The notes under the pieces were generated by a model. The model was not told the origin of the DNA and did no database searches. It was given only the letters and a program-made list of their open reading frames with translations. Positions 1 to 14,345 of a stretch of 64,000 bases of DNA are shown in pieces. The translations under genes were made by a program, and so were the position numbers. The DNA comes from the human T2T-CHM13v2.0 reference genome, Homo sapiens. The DNA lies in contig CP068257.2 of assembly GCA_009914755.4 (NCBI GenBank), positions 43,232,001-43,296,000 of the forward strand, written 5' to 3'. Numbering within the stretch: position 1 is the first letter of the stretch; every line of letters begins with the position of its first letter.

Positions 1-2255
1 ACAGGGGCAGAACTCCACATCAGGAGTCCCCACTGTAAGGAGCAGCTGAGTGGGACCCACCACCTCGGGGACCTGCACTGGCCACCACTGCGCCAGCCCT
101 CACACAGCAGTCTGAGCTCCTTTTTGGGGTCGTCTTTCCTCCAGATGAAGCTCTTGGATTGAGTCTGACCCCATACACAAATAAAGTGGGGTCCAAAAGC
201 CCTATCCAGGTTTAACTTCAAGAATCTTGCTCTAAAGATCTTCAATACACCATGGGTTCTTAATGTCTCTCCTCCATCAAAACACATAAAAAGATGCTTA
301 AAAGTGTTGGATTTGGATTGGTATAATGTATTCTCTAAATTCACACAGTGTCCTTGTAAAGGAGACAAAACGTTTTAAACATCAGTACTGCGGTCACATT
401 CCTGTAACCATGACAAGCAGTAAAAATCTCACACCAAGCAAGTACTCTGTGGGAAGAGGGGAGTTCTCCAGGCTATAAATAGCCCCTCTCTCCAAGGACA
501 AGGGGCACGCAGACACCAAAGGCGCCTGGGCAGTGAATGCCAACATGACACGGCACCATTCTTCCTATTCCAAGGGGTCCCCAGTGAGAGAAACAACAGT
601 CCACCCACCAGGACTTGGTGATTACCATAAGTGGAAGCAAGCAAGTGCAGCCTCCAAGTGCAGACACACCGAATGGCTTTTCAGCTGACACACCGAATGG
701 CAGTTCCGGATTAATTCCCACACTGTCCACTCCACTCGTCCACACCCATCTCTGCACCCTTCAGCAGTGCAGAGCAGGAGGAATCACAGTCAAACAAAAC
801 CTCATGGTTGTTTTCCTGACACTCCCGCTTTCACAATGCAAGCAAACACACCCCCGAGCCACTGATACAGTTGCCAGTGAATCACACACTCTGCCTGCAG
901 ACGCCCATTCTGTTTGTGGAAACGTATTCACTGCACATTTGCGCTTAGAACTCAATCTGGGCCAAAAGTTCCCAGTACAGTCCCACTGGCCTCCTTGACT
1001 AACAAACTTCAAGGCAGCTGCATTGCTAACGTCACAAACCCTAAGCACACTTGGAGGCAGGTAAGAAGAAACACAAATAATCCTGCATCGGAATAAACAT
1101 TCCATAAGGTCACAAAAAGAAAAGGTGCTCTACTATGCTAAACAGACACTGACAGAGCCTGGGCTAACAAGAGCTGAGAAAAGTATTAGCCCCTCAAGCT
1201 GGGCCCAGGTCAACCCTAATTGTAAGGGTCAGGAAACTGAAGTTAAGGTGGCACTATTCCCCACCACTAGTGGTCACCTGGAAACTCCACACACGGAAGC
1301 CAGCATGACATTGTGAAACAGGTCCAACCATGACACTCTCCAGCTTAGAACCTGCTGGATTTTCCCGCAGCCCACCAGGCCCTGGAGGCCCAGCCCCACA
1401 GGAAGCCACCCTCTATAAACACTGCCGGTTTCTGGAACTCTGAGTCTCCTGTCATGCACTTTCCTCCCCCAGCCCCCGCGCCCTCACTGCTTCTTTCTTG
1501 GTCAGCCTCCCGGGGACTCAGCTCTTCTTGGATAGGAGCTCTGGCTGTCGGTCACCACTGTGGCCGCAGGGCCTGGCGCAGACGGGATAAACGATGAAGA
1601 ATGCCACCTGCGCGTCTGGACAGCGTAGAACCGCAATCAGCTTGCTTCAAAATCAGATGCTACAGCCTGGCTTTGGGGACGCCTTCCTTTCTAAGGCATA
1701 AGTGCGAGCGTTCGCTGCTGTGCGTGGAACTGCGGCCGGGAGGGAGTGGCGGCGTGAACGCCGGCGGCTGTAGAGACACACCGGCCGCGGCCCCATCACC
1801 CTGCAGGGGCCTGCGGCCGCCATCCCGGCCTGCCCCCGACCAGCTGTGCGACCTCGAACACGTCGTGAGCCGGCTTCCCGGCTCGGGATCGAACCCGAGG
1901 AGTGCTGTTTGGGGTCGCAGTGAGGCTAAGGGAGGCCGCAGGTGCCAAGCGTCCCGCCTGCCGGGCGAGGGCCAACCCGAGGCCACGCGCGAGGAGCGGC
2001 CGCAGCGACTGGACAAAACAAAGACAAAGACAAAGACGGCTCTTCCCCTGCCCGCGCCCCAGCCGCGACGGCAGCTCCCGCGGCCGCCAAACGGGCGTGA
2101 CCCTCGAGGAGCCTCCGTCGGGGCGCTGCCTGCGACCGTGGGCCCAGGCCGCCCGCCGAGCCCAGCGCCCTGGCCGAAACCCCGACCCCGACCCCGACCT
2201 GGACCCACCAGCCGCCCCGCCCCCTTCGCGGCCCCGCCCGCCCCGGCGCCCTCAC

Positions 2256-2370
2256 CAGCTCCGGGAGGCTCCTGCGCGGCGGCCACCGGGATGAGCAGCA
2301 GGAGCAGCGCGGCGCCACCGAGGCGCAACCTCCAGTACGGCGTCGGCCCGCGGGCCACTCCGGGCGCCAT
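2256..2370 (-). CDS. PTTG1IP: PTTG1IP (PBF) exon 1 coding part: MAPGVARGPTPYWRLRLGGAALLLLLIPVAAAQEPPGA plus the first base of codon 39; 5'UTR continues upstream to roughly 2450
   Basis: Minus-strand ORF 1660..2370 begins with the known PTTG1IP N-terminus (signal peptide). The genomic reading departs from the protein exactly at a GT donor (AGCTG|GTGAGG) after codon 38. The remaining exons lie left of the window. Confidence 0.8.
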
Positions 2371-2660
2371 GGTCGGCCGGTCGCTCTATCAGTCAGTGGA
2401 GCGTTACAACTCCGACTCCAGCACAAGCGGTCTCCGCCCGGAACAGCCGCGGCGCCGGAAGTGGACCTGCGAGGTGGGGCCATGCGAGTGCGCAGCCTCA
2501 AAAAGCAGCTCGCCCCGCTCCCTCGCCATCCGCCCCGCCCCTCGCCAACGGGCTCGCCTCCCGGCGCGGCTGAGGTTCAGTGCGCCTGCGCGATAGAGGA
2601 AAGGAGCCTGGTAGCGAGGAGAGCGGCTGAGGCTCAGTGCGCCTGCGCGGCGCGGATGGG

Positions 2661-2768
2661 CGAGGCGTGACCGAGGGGCGAGGCGTGACCGAGGGGCGAG
2701 GCGTGACCGAGGGGCGAGGCGTGACCGAGGGGCGAGGCGTGACCGAGGGGCGAGGCGTGACCGAGGGG
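2661..2768. repeat. Perfect 18-bp tandem repeat (cgaggcgtgaccgagggg) x6 in the PTTG1IP 5' flank, about 290 bp upstream of the ATG
   Basis: Six identical consecutive 18-mers read directly from the sequence; each unit carries a GCGTG core. Confidence 0.9.
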
Positions 2769-4890
2769 CTCGCCGCGGCTCCTGCGCCTGCGCGGCGGGG
2801 AACGGCGACCGGCTGAGGGGACTAGGGGAGCGCGGTGCTTCGGTGGCGGAGGTCACGGTGGCCTCCATCCTAAAGGGCTGCGGGCGTCCCGGACGGCGGT
2901 CCCAAGCGCTGCTCACGCTGCTCTTAAGTGAGCCCTGGACGAGGCGCGGTGGGCCCTCATAGTCCGCGCCGGCGCCCTCGCTCCACACCGCGGCGTCCGG
3001 CCCTGGGCTCCCGCCGATGTCCGCGTGGGACTTTTAGGGGATTTGTTTATTTTTGTACGTTAACCACACTAGAAACGGCCCCAGAATGGGCTGAAACGTG
3101 TGCTGCTGAAGCTGCCACCTAAACTCCCGAGAGAAGCGCCGTTTCTCCTCCATGGCTTCTCGCCGACGCCCTCGCTGCGGCCTTCCGGGCCCCTCGGTTG
3201 ATAAAAGGACTAAATAGTGACGGACATTTTTAAGGCTACTTAAGAAATGGCAAAAATACATTTAGAGGTGTGAACCCGAACACACTGCGCGCTTTAAGCC
3301 CCGCGAGAGCCGGGGCCGCCCGCTTCCGTGCGCCCGTAGCTCCTTTCTCGGGTCCGGGATTCGCCGGTGCCGGGGACAGAAACCTCCTGCCTTCTTAGTT
3401 CATGACGCTTGTAGATGAACTTCCCTGTTTTCTGCACTGCTTAGACCAGAAGACGGGAAACCGTGACTGCCGCACCCTTCCCTGAAGCAGGCACTGCCCG
3501 TCGTCCATCAAACGCGAGGACTGCGCCCACCTCGTAGGAAGGACGCCGCGGTCCTGCTAAAAGCCTCCGCCTCTGCCTGCCCGAGGGCACCCTTCCCCTC
3601 CCCGCTTCCGAGGGCGGACTCCATTCCTCTGGAGCCGGTGTTTCCGGGTGGGCCAGCCTCCAACTGCCTTTGAATAACCCCCCCTTACATTAGATTCTGA
3701 CCCTGTGGTGATTTTAGGTTGGGATTTGGGCGCCTGCAGATGGCTCCGAAGCCAGCCTCTTGTGATCCGAGCCACTTCTCTGGCACTCGGAGCGCTGGCA
3801 CCCGCGGAGCGGCCTTGGTTCACCGGACCGCCTGGGAACCTGGCCGGGGTCTCTGGCAGCCTCCCAGGGCTGAGGTTCAGACTCTGTTCCGCCTACCCAG
3901 GTCCACACCTGATAGGGCTGGAGTTGAGGCTTGGTTTTAAGGCAAGAGTTTCGTTTGTTATTTCTCCAAAGAGTCAGCTGTTTGCAGGTGTGTGGTTAAC
4001 ACTATCCTTCGAGGTTAAGGTTTTGTTCGTCTTGCTAAAGTTTGCAACCTTTTTTGTCCTTCAGATTTGGAGAAGGGGAAAGCAGTTTCTCTTTGAAAAG
4101 AAGCAGCGAATCGTGGCTTAAGCAAAATTTGTAATCCTTAAAACTGGCCAGGCTCTGGAGCTGAGTTCAATTTGACATGTCTAAACTTCCTTCTTGAGTA
4201 ACCAGATTTTCCCTTACAGTCTTTTGTCACTTAAGAGAACTCATAGGCAATCGTCCATCCAAAACAAGTCTTTCTCCTTCAGGGAGGACCCATCTTTGGA
4301 AACTCCAGCTGGTTTCCTGTGCAGTGCTTATGGTGCCACCTCTCGTTATATTTAGAAAAATGGTCTCACGTAACTTGAGAAAAAACATTTCAGTGACCAA
4401 AGCCGGGTACCATTGGAACACCAAGCTAATTTACTTGTTTGCTCAATTGGAAAACGCTGGCTCTAGGATAAAACGGAATCTTTGGGAGAGTTATTTTTTA
4501 TGGTAGTTGGAAGCATCCAAAAGAAGTTCTAATAAAGGTATTTATGAGAGAAAAACAAAAATTATCTAAAATAATTTCTGAATTTAAAAAAGACTACTGA
4601 AATTTCTCCCCCTCCTCCCTCAGCTCCTTCTCTTTATCCTTTGTTGTCTGAATTACCTCGCCCAGACCCACCTTTCTTCCTCCTCCTCCTCCTGTTTTGG
4701 GGCCATTGCTCAAACAGCCAGTGTCTCTCATAGGGGACGACTATGTGCCCTAGTTCATGAGTTATGGTCAAAGGTAGAACTTAAAAGTATAATCAAGGAA
4801 TTTCCTGATGCTCACCAGGACCCCACTGGTTTTTCCAGAGAATTTAAATACCCGAGTGTGTGACCCTGCCTCTACTTTGGGAAAAATAAT

Positions 4891-5182
4891 TTTTTTTTTT
4901 TTGAGACGGAGTCTCGCTCTGTTGCGCGGGCTGGAGTGCAATGGCTCAATCTTGGCTCACTGCAACCTCCGCCTCCCAGGTTCAAGCGACTCCTCTGCCT
5001 CAGCCTCCCGAGCAGCTGAGACCACAGGCACGCACCACCACGCCCGGCTAATTTTTGTATTTTTAGTAGAAATGGGGTTTCACCATATTGGCCAGGTTGG
5101 TCTTGAACTCCTGACCTTGTGATCCACCTGCCTCAGCCTCCCAAAGTGCTGGGATTACAGGCGTGAGCCACCACGCCTGGCC
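4891..5182 (-). mobile_element. Alu SINE, full length, antisense
   Basis: Starts with a poly-T run then gagacggagtctcgctctgt...ggctggagtgcaatggc and ends ggcgtgagccaccacgcctggcc, the reverse complement of an Alu. Confidence 0.9.
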
Positions 5183-5765
5183 ATAAAAATTATTTAAAAT
5201 AGTTAACACGAGTTCCCATTGCTGACATAAGCTTTTGCTGATAGAGCAGCCGTGTTTTCTGTAATAAATCCCATCTTGTTACAAGGTTCCATTCCTTGGA
5301 GTCAAAAAAAAGTTCAAAGGGTAGGTGTCACTAATACGCCTGTAACGGCACGTAAATCTCAGCCTATAGCTTTTCAACTAGGTCCTTTACAAGGGACTCA
5401 CATTTTCCTTCTGGTTCTATCAGCTGCCAGCCATCTTATAAAAGGAGACTTCTTAGAATTACAATATCCACGTTTCTTTCTCCCAAAGGGGGAAGACGTA
5501 TTTAGAATTAGATGAGAAAGCTGAGTTACTAGACATAAAAAAAGTTTCAAAATCTAACCCAATTGCGATCCCTAATTGCCCTAGAAGACACTGAATTATT
5601 GAATAATGAAGAATTACAAAACCTACTAAAGGCAGTACTTGATCAAATATGGTCAGAGTCTTCCACTGATACTGGAAGAATCCTCTTGGCTACCCCGATC
5701 AAAGTCCTTTAGTGTAGTGGACTTATTAGCACATCCTTCAGTAGTTCTGTGTGTGAAAGTGTTGA

Positions 5766-6172
<407 letters not shown>

Positions 6173-6199
6173 TCTTTTGACTTGTTCTTAAAAAAAATT

Positions 6200-7980
6200 T
6201 TTTATTACAATACATGGGCAGTTTACTCCTTTGCTCAGAAGATAAGCAAAGCTTTTATAGAAGATGGGATACATTCATTACAACAGCCCTAAAGGGACAT
6301 AAAATTCCTAAAGAAAAACCTCAATTTTATAAAAAACAAAGTACTTGGGCCACTTAATATCTAAAGAAAGACTTTCTACTAATCTAGATAGACTGAAAGG
6401 AATTTTAGCTTTCCACCACCAACAACCAAGAAACAAAAGGATGTGGAGGACTGGCAGGATATTATAGAAATTGGATCCCAAACTTTTCTTTAAAGCTCAG
6501 TCCTTATACGCTCTCTAAAAACAGGACATGCCAGGACTTTAGAGTGGTCAGAAGAAAATACACCAACATTTGAAATGATCAAACGTGACCTTGCTAATGC
6601 TCCGCCTTTGGGGCATACAAATTATAACCTTCCATTCTATTATTTGTATAATACATGAAAGTGGTGGAGATGCTTTAGGGGTTCCTAAAACACTGTTATA
6701 TGTAAAAATTGTTATTTAGAAACAGAATGCTTGTTCCCAAGTGCTGCAAAGACACAGCACTCGAACATAAATTTAATTCTCTCAGCAAGGCCATTTTTAC
6801 TTTCTGCAGAAGGGGTGCTCATCACAGATGGAACAATGGCGAGAGCACACCTGAACAAAGGAGGGAAGCCATTTTCATCCCTGCCGCTGTTTGGCCCTGC
6901 TACTGTGTCCTGTCTCCATTGGCTGGAGCCAGACCTCACAATCTAAACTAAAACCCGATTGGCTAACAGTTTAAAACTTTTCTAAATAGGTAAAAGTAAT
7001 GGAAAGACAAAGGAAAAGAGGAAGTTGCTTAATACCAAATAGGGAAGGGGCATAGGCTGCGAGCTGGAATGTGCCTGTGGGCAGGTCCAGCACAAATATC
7101 CTGGTTAAGGTTCAAGGACATAGAATGTACTACGTGCCCGTGAGCAAGTGTAACAGCTACACAGGCTAGAGCTTAACGAGCAGTTATTAGCACGAAGCCA
7201 GGAGGCTTGAAGGAAGTTAGTTTTTAAAAGAAACTATTATTTTTAACACTTATGATTTACTCTTTAACAAGAAGGGAAACTTTGAAGAGGAACTTTTTGC
7301 TTTCTACAAACACAAAGATCGAAACAGACAATCATTGCCACAGTTCCCTAAAATATAATCCAGGAAAACCATTATAAGGACATTTCCCTTTACCCGAGGC
7401 CCTTGTGAGTTATGACCATTAGATGCCATGCTGTTGCCACCCTCAGAAACATACAAACATGTTCTGATAACAATTTACTTGTTTTCTCACTGGGCAGAGG
7501 CATTTCCATGCAGAAGAGCACTGCCTTAGCAGTGAGTAAAATTGCTGTAGAAAAAGGTATTGCAACCTGGGGAGTTCCTCTGGAACTTGTAGCAATAGAG
7601 GAACTCACTTCGCTGGACGGATGATTCAATCAGTATGTAAACTTTGGCCCATCCTCCAGCATTTCCATTGCGCTTACCACACCCAGTCATCTGGGTTAGT
7701 GAAATGCACCAATGGAATAATCAAAACTCAGTTGGCAAAATTAACCAAGGCTTTTCAAATTCCTTGGTCAGAAGTTCTTCTACTGGTTCTGCTTAATCAG
7801 AGGTCGACCCCTTTAGGTAAACACCAGTTATCTCTGCTAAAAATTAGGCAGACCCATGAAATTATCTCCAAGAAACTGTACGTCTATGATATTAAAGGGA
7901 GACATATTCAGCTATTGCAGTGCCCTTGCAAAACATTAATGAAAAATTATAATTGGCAAAAATAATCTTTTCACAGTGAG
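6200..7980 (+). mobile_element. Degenerate class-I (gamma-like) endogenous retrovirus pol remnant (RT/RNase H/integrase), frameshifted
   Basis: Conceptual translation shows retroviral pol motifs. Near 6540-6700: WSEENTPTFEMIKRDLANAPPLG..PF.L...GGDALGV, matching the W.EE..AF..IK..L..AP.LG..PF..V.E..G.A.GVL pattern. Near 6800: LITDGT, an RNase H start. In ORF 7621..7965: HCAYHTQSSGLVKCTNGIIKTQLAKLT, matching integrase HxxYHPQSSGQVERxN. No intact ORF; flanked by Alus. Confidence 0.5.
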
Positions 7981-8153
7981 CTCCTGGGAAACAAAAATTT
8001 CAAGGACCACAGACTTCAACCAGGAGATTTTGTCTATTGGAAATGACATTTTTTAAAAAGTCTCTGCAACCTGCTATGGACCTTATCAGGTACTCCTGAC
8101 CAGCCTTCACCATAAAATTAGAAGACGACCCTTGAATTCACATCTCCCATCTA

Positions 8154-8533
<380 letters not shown>

Positions 8534-9198
8534 TTATGCCGGTCACAAGGTCAAATATTTCATACCGTTTCACACTCACCAATCTTCCTCATCTACAGTC
8601 TTGTCAGATTCATCCTGTATTCCATTGGTATCATCATTTAGCTTCTGTCTTTCTGCCATAACTGGGTATTGAAGGCGTTACTTGACACGTAGAGGCCCTC
8701 ACCAGTTACACACAAAAGGCCTTAAGATATAGCCAGGTATCTCATGATTAAATGATAAACTTACCTGAGAAAATCTGTATTATAAAACCATATGGCTTTA
8801 GACATACTCACCGCAGCTCGAGGGTAACCTGTGCTATCGTAAAACTAAAAGCTGTGTCTGTATCCCAGATAAACCAAATAACATCACTAAATTCATGGCT
8901 GATGTGAAATCCACATAAACCAACCTTTCAGAGCCAAAACCTCCTCCAAACAACTGGCTAAATAGCTGGTTGGGATCTTGGCAAAATTAGTGACAAAAAC
9001 TGTTAACTTATTCTAGAAATTACAATCATTTTTTACGTTTGTCCTGTTTGCTCAGGCTCAGCATAAAGGGATAAAGTGGATGCAAAGGGACCTTAGTGAC
9101 AGCAAACTGTGTCTCTGACCCACGTCTTCCAGTTCAAATACTTTACATCTTCATTGGGATCTTCGATTGTATCAAAAGATGTTTAAAAAGCCATTTGC

Positions 9199-9487
<289 letters not shown>

Positions 9488-11743
9488 CAGTTTGCAGAAA
9501 CAGAATAAACACAAGTCTAGTTTAGAACTATGCCCCTGAAACAATACAACCACACAATGCTAATTTAATGGTATTTGAAGGACATTAGGTGTTTGTAAAC
9601 ATTAACCAAAACTCGGTGAATATCACCACATTTTAAACAATGCACAATGGCATTTTAAAATATAACTAAGTTCTGGGACAACTTAACAATGCAGAAGTTC
9701 AAAAAATGCATGGTATAACCCCAGTTCCTGTTTTAACCGCATGGAAGTCAAGATTTAAAAAGAGGAAATGGGAGGCATTGTGTAATTTAACATGTCTGGA
9801 ATCCAAAGATACATATTCAATTGTCAAAGAGCTTCAAGCTCAGAGGAATGACCCAAACGGCACATTGTACAGGAAGTACAACCGTTATGACTCTTTACAG
9901 AAACAGGATGATTACTTAGAGCAGTCTGGAATTAAAAGTGCATATGTCTTTCCATGAAGAAAGATGGTTAGGGAATTAAACTGATACAGTCACAATGGTA
10001 TCAACTTAGGAGAAATGACAGCCGAGCCCCAGAGCAATGGAAAGGGCTGTCCACAGGACCAGACAGCCACAGTGGGCTGGGGCCAGAGAGGGGAAGTTCC
10101 AGGGTCCCCACCTAGTTGTGCATATTGGAGTCACCTGCCAGGGATTTCCACCAGCGGGTTTATTTGGTGGTTAAGTGTCTGTGCAGTTGGATTTTTTTTG
10201 TATGTGGTCATTATGAGTACATTCCTTAGTGGGTGACTTCCAGAGAGGCTGCATAAAAAGAGTGAAGCTTCTGGCAACCCATTAAACCACCAGATGCTTA
10301 ACACTGGGGAGAACAAGGAGAGCACCTGAAGGTCCCAGACTTTGGACTCACTTTGGAAGGGGCTAGACAGTGTGGAGCCTTGGACAGGCAGGGATCAGCA
10401 GGGTCTGGGGTGAGGCATGGAGGGAGGGAGAGAGGGCTGGGCCCACAGGCCACAGCCCATTTCCCATGATGGGACTAAGCAGCGGTGTGGAACCTGCACC
10501 CCTGGTATGTGGGAGGACTCCTGTGGGGCTGCACACGGTTGGCAGCTTCATGGCTTCAGAGCTGGTCTGTGCCACGCGAGGTCTCTTGTGCTCAGGAGTT
10601 TGTCCTTGACCAAGGCACAGAGAGTTCCGGTTGCCCATCCCTTGCAAGCAGTTATGATTCTCAAAGCACTTCCTGTGCCAGCCTCTCTGCATCCTCCCAG
10701 GGCCAAGCTTTAGTGATCCCTCCACCTATACTTTTGACAAGACAAAACACAGCTTGTTCCAGGTCAGGCAGCCAGTAAGAAGTAGAGCTGGACGTGGACT
10801 GGGGGCTCACCCTTGGAGTCCGTGCTTCTTCCCCATGTCTCAGGAGCTCCCCTCATTTCTCTGGAACAAGGTTGGAACGTCAAAAAGACCTTCTGAAAAC
10901 TGGCAGGAAAATGTCAGAAAAATCACAAAATGGATTGAGGGCATCTGACAGTTTGTCTTGCTAGAGGCACGTCTGGGGGTGATCCAGGCCCTTGCTGCAA
11001 TCACTGAGATGGATCTCGAGCAGGGGCACGTGTCCTAGGACCCTGGCTCAGGGCCTATTGCCCACTGCATGGTGATATACCAGCACACTGAAAGAGAGGG
11101 AGTTGCCACAGAGAAAGTCCAAGACGCGTGGGCAGCCAAGCGAGGAGATGGGAGGAAACCTCAAACCCACCTCCCGAGGGGCTTGGGGATGGTGTTTTTC
11201 AGGTGTCTGGGCAGGTGATGGGGTCTGAGACGTGGGGATCGCTGATTGGTGAGTATGAGTGGTGAAGTCACGGGATAGGGGATGAAGAAACCACATTCCT
11301 GAGCTGAGTCGGTTCCTTGGTGGGGCCTTCAGACCAGTTGGCGTCAGCTGTTCTGCTGGAATTCAGGGTGTGGGAAACACCTTAAGCAATTCTTGGCTTA
11401 AAAGGTCCAGGCTCAGAGATTCCACCTGTAGGAACAACGGGGAGCAGGTGATCCGTGTGCCTCGTGACTCTTGTTAAGTTAGCAGCTGCAGTGAGTTGGG
11501 TGGTGGTGCCTGCCACACCCTGGTCAGTGCCTAACTCCAATTCTGCCCAAAGCCTGCGTTGGAATTCTCAGTAACCCTGTGAGGAGGGTTTCACTCAGGG
11601 CTGGCATCTGATCTTTGCCGGACGTGCTCCAGGCCAGGCCCTCTGATTGCCTGGGTCACCTGAGGTCACCCTCCCCCATCCCTCCTTCCTGAGAGGGCAT
11701 CACCACCCTGCACACACCCCTGTAGACCATACCTTGATGTCAA

Positions 11744-12038
11744 TTTTTTTTTTTTGAGATGGAATCTAGCTTTGTTGCCAGGCTGGAGTGCAGTGGCGCA
11801 ATCTCGGCTCACCACAACTTCCGCCTCCTGGGTTCAAGCCATTCTCCTGCCTCAGCCTCCTGAGTAGCTGGGATTATAGGCACGTGCCGCCACACCAAGC
11901 TAATTTTTGTATTTTTAGTAGAGATGGGGTTTCACCATGTTGGCCAGGGTGGTCTCGATCTCCTGACCTTGTGATCTGCCCACCTCGGCCTGCCTCCCAA
12001 AGTGCTGGGATTACAGGCGTGAGCCACTGCGCCCAGCC
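11744..12038 (-). mobile_element. Alu SINE, antisense
   Basis: Poly-T run then gagatggaatctagctttgttgccaggctggagtgcagtggcgc...gcgtgagccactgcgcccagcc. Confidence 0.9.
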
Positions 12039-12499
12039 AGTGTCGACAATTTGACCTCCATCTCCTAGCTTTGTCTAGTGGTTCTCAAACTACAGCGTGC
12101 ATCAGTATCCCTGGAGGACCTGCAAAGCCCAGATTGCTGAGCCCACCCGGAGTGCTGCCGACTAGCTGGTCCGGGGCCAAGCCAAGAATGCGCCTCTGAC
12201 AGGTTTCTAGGTGAGGCTTGTTCTGCTGCCAAGGCCAGCCTTGGGGAACTGAGGCTCAAGGCCAGCGGGTGTCCACCCTGGCTGCACAGCAGCCTCCCCG
12301 AGGAACACTGAACACCAGTCACGGCAGCCCTTCTCCGACAGGGCAGGGGCTTTTAAAGCCCCAGGTGCAGGCTGAGTGGGGACCCCTGAGCTGGGAAGTG
12401 AGCGGTGTTGGAGCATCTGGCCATTTCTAGCTCCTCCCACCTGCCCAGGTAAAGTCTCCCAGGCATATACAGTAAGAGGTTATCACGCAGTTAGAAGTT

Positions 12500-12905
<406 letters not shown>

Positions 12906-13264
12906 TGGCCACAGTTACAATTTTAAAGTAGGGGACCTAAAGCAGATGCCACCCACATGTGCCCATTTGCAGGTCTGCAGTGGCCCTGGCAGTGTGGCCA
13001 GCTGTGTGACTTGCCCAGACAAACTAAGGGGTTTCCCAGGACAAAGGCCTTCCTGTGCTAGAACTGAGACGTTCACCAACTGCAACCACGGCCAGCAGCC
13101 TGCTTGTGTCCAGAGCTCTCAGGCAGGATCTGTGTGGAGCTTGGTGCTGAATTCTGCTCTGGGACCGTGAGCAGCTTTGGCACAGCCCAGGGCTGTTTCC
13201 ACACTTCCACTAAAGCAGTACTGGCTCCCTCCCCTCTGAGTACCCCAGTGGGAGGCAGAGGGGG

Positions 13265-14345
13265 CTCTGTAGACAGCCAGAGGGGAGGTGTAGACACAGT
13301 TGGAGGAGAGGTATAGACAGCTGGGGGGGAGATGTAGATAGCTGGAGGGAAGGAGTAGATGGCTGAAGGGAAGGCATAGACACAGCTGGAGGGGAAGTGT
13401 AGGCACAGCCAGAGGGGAGGTGTAGATGGCTAGAGGGGAGGTGTAGATGGCTGGAAGGGAGGTGTAGACGGCTGGAGAGGAGGTGTAGACAGCTGGAGGG
13501 GAGGTGTAGACTGCTGGAGGGGAGGTGTAGACTGCTGGAGGGGAGGTGTAGACTGCTGGAGGGGAGGTGTAGATGGCTGGAGAAGAGGTGTAGATGGCTG
13601 GAGGGGAGGTGTAGACTGCTGGAGGGGAGGTGTAGATGGCTGGATAAGAGGTGTAGATGGCTGGAAGGGAGGTGTAGACTGCTGGAGGGGAGGTGTAGAT
13701 GGCTGGAGAGGAGGTGTAGACGGTTGGAGGGGAGGTGTAGACTGCTGGAGGGGAGGTGTAGACTGCTGGAGGGGAGGTGTAGATGGCTGGAGAAGAGGTG
13801 TAGACGGCTGGAGGGGAGGTGTAGACTGCTGGAGGGGAGGTGCAGACGGCTGGAGAAGAGGTGTAGACGGCTGGAGGGGAGGTGTAGACTGCTGGAGGGG
13901 AGGTGCAGACGGCTGGAGAAGAGGTGTAGACGGCTGGAGGGGAGGTGTAGACTGCTGGAGGGGAGGTGTAGATGGCTGGAGAAGAGGTGTAGACGGCTGG
14001 AGGGGAGGTGTAGAATGCTGGAGGGGAGGTGCAGACGGCTGGAGAAGAGGTGTAGACAGCTGGAGGGGAGGTGTAGACTGCTGGAGGGGAGGTGTAGATG
14101 GCTGGAGAAGAGGTGTAGATGGCTGGAGGGGAGGTGTAGACTGCTGGAGGGGAGGTGTAGACGGCTGGAGAAGAGGTGTAGACGGCTGGAGGGGAGGTGT
14201 AGACTGCTGGAGGGGAGGTGTAGATGGCTGGAGGGGAGGTGTAGATGGCTGGAGGGGAGGTGTAGATGGCTGGAGGGGAGGTGTAGAGCTGGAGAGGAGG
14301 TGTAGATGGCTGGAGGGGAGGTGTAGATGGCTGGAGGGAGGGCAG
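13265..14345. repeat. Minisatellite/VNTR, 21-bp unit (gctggaggggaggtgtagact and variants), about 50 copies, about 1.1 kb, 300 bp 3' of the ITGB2 polyA site
   Basis: Direct reading: ggaggggaggtgtaga(c/t)(g/t)gctgg repeated continuously. Both strands give long spurious open frames (PPAVYTS..., STPPLQP..., EGRCRLL...). Confidence 0.9.

Larger units (their letters stand above)
1480..3060. promoter_or_regulatory. PTTG1IP: CpG island covering the PTTG1IP promoter, exon 1 and the start of intron 1
   Basis: Very high GC and CpG density from about 1480 to 3060 against AT-richer flanks; contains the PTTG1IP start codon on the minus strand. Confidence 0.6.

Noticed and set aside
1601-2596. 331-aa plus-strand ORF and overlapping 191-236 aa minus-strand ORFs in the PTTG1IP CpG island
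   Set aside because: These are GC-bias open frames rich in Pro/Arg/Gly/Ala with no start context. The only real coding part is the PTTG1IP exon 1 segment (2256-2370, minus strand), which ends at a splice donor.
9706-9957. 83-aa plus-strand ORF (MHGITPVPVLTAWKSRFKKRKWEALCNL...) in unique intergenic sequence
   Set aside because: No recognisable domain, no flanking splice or promoter signals, and AT-rich context. It is the length expected by chance in this base composition.
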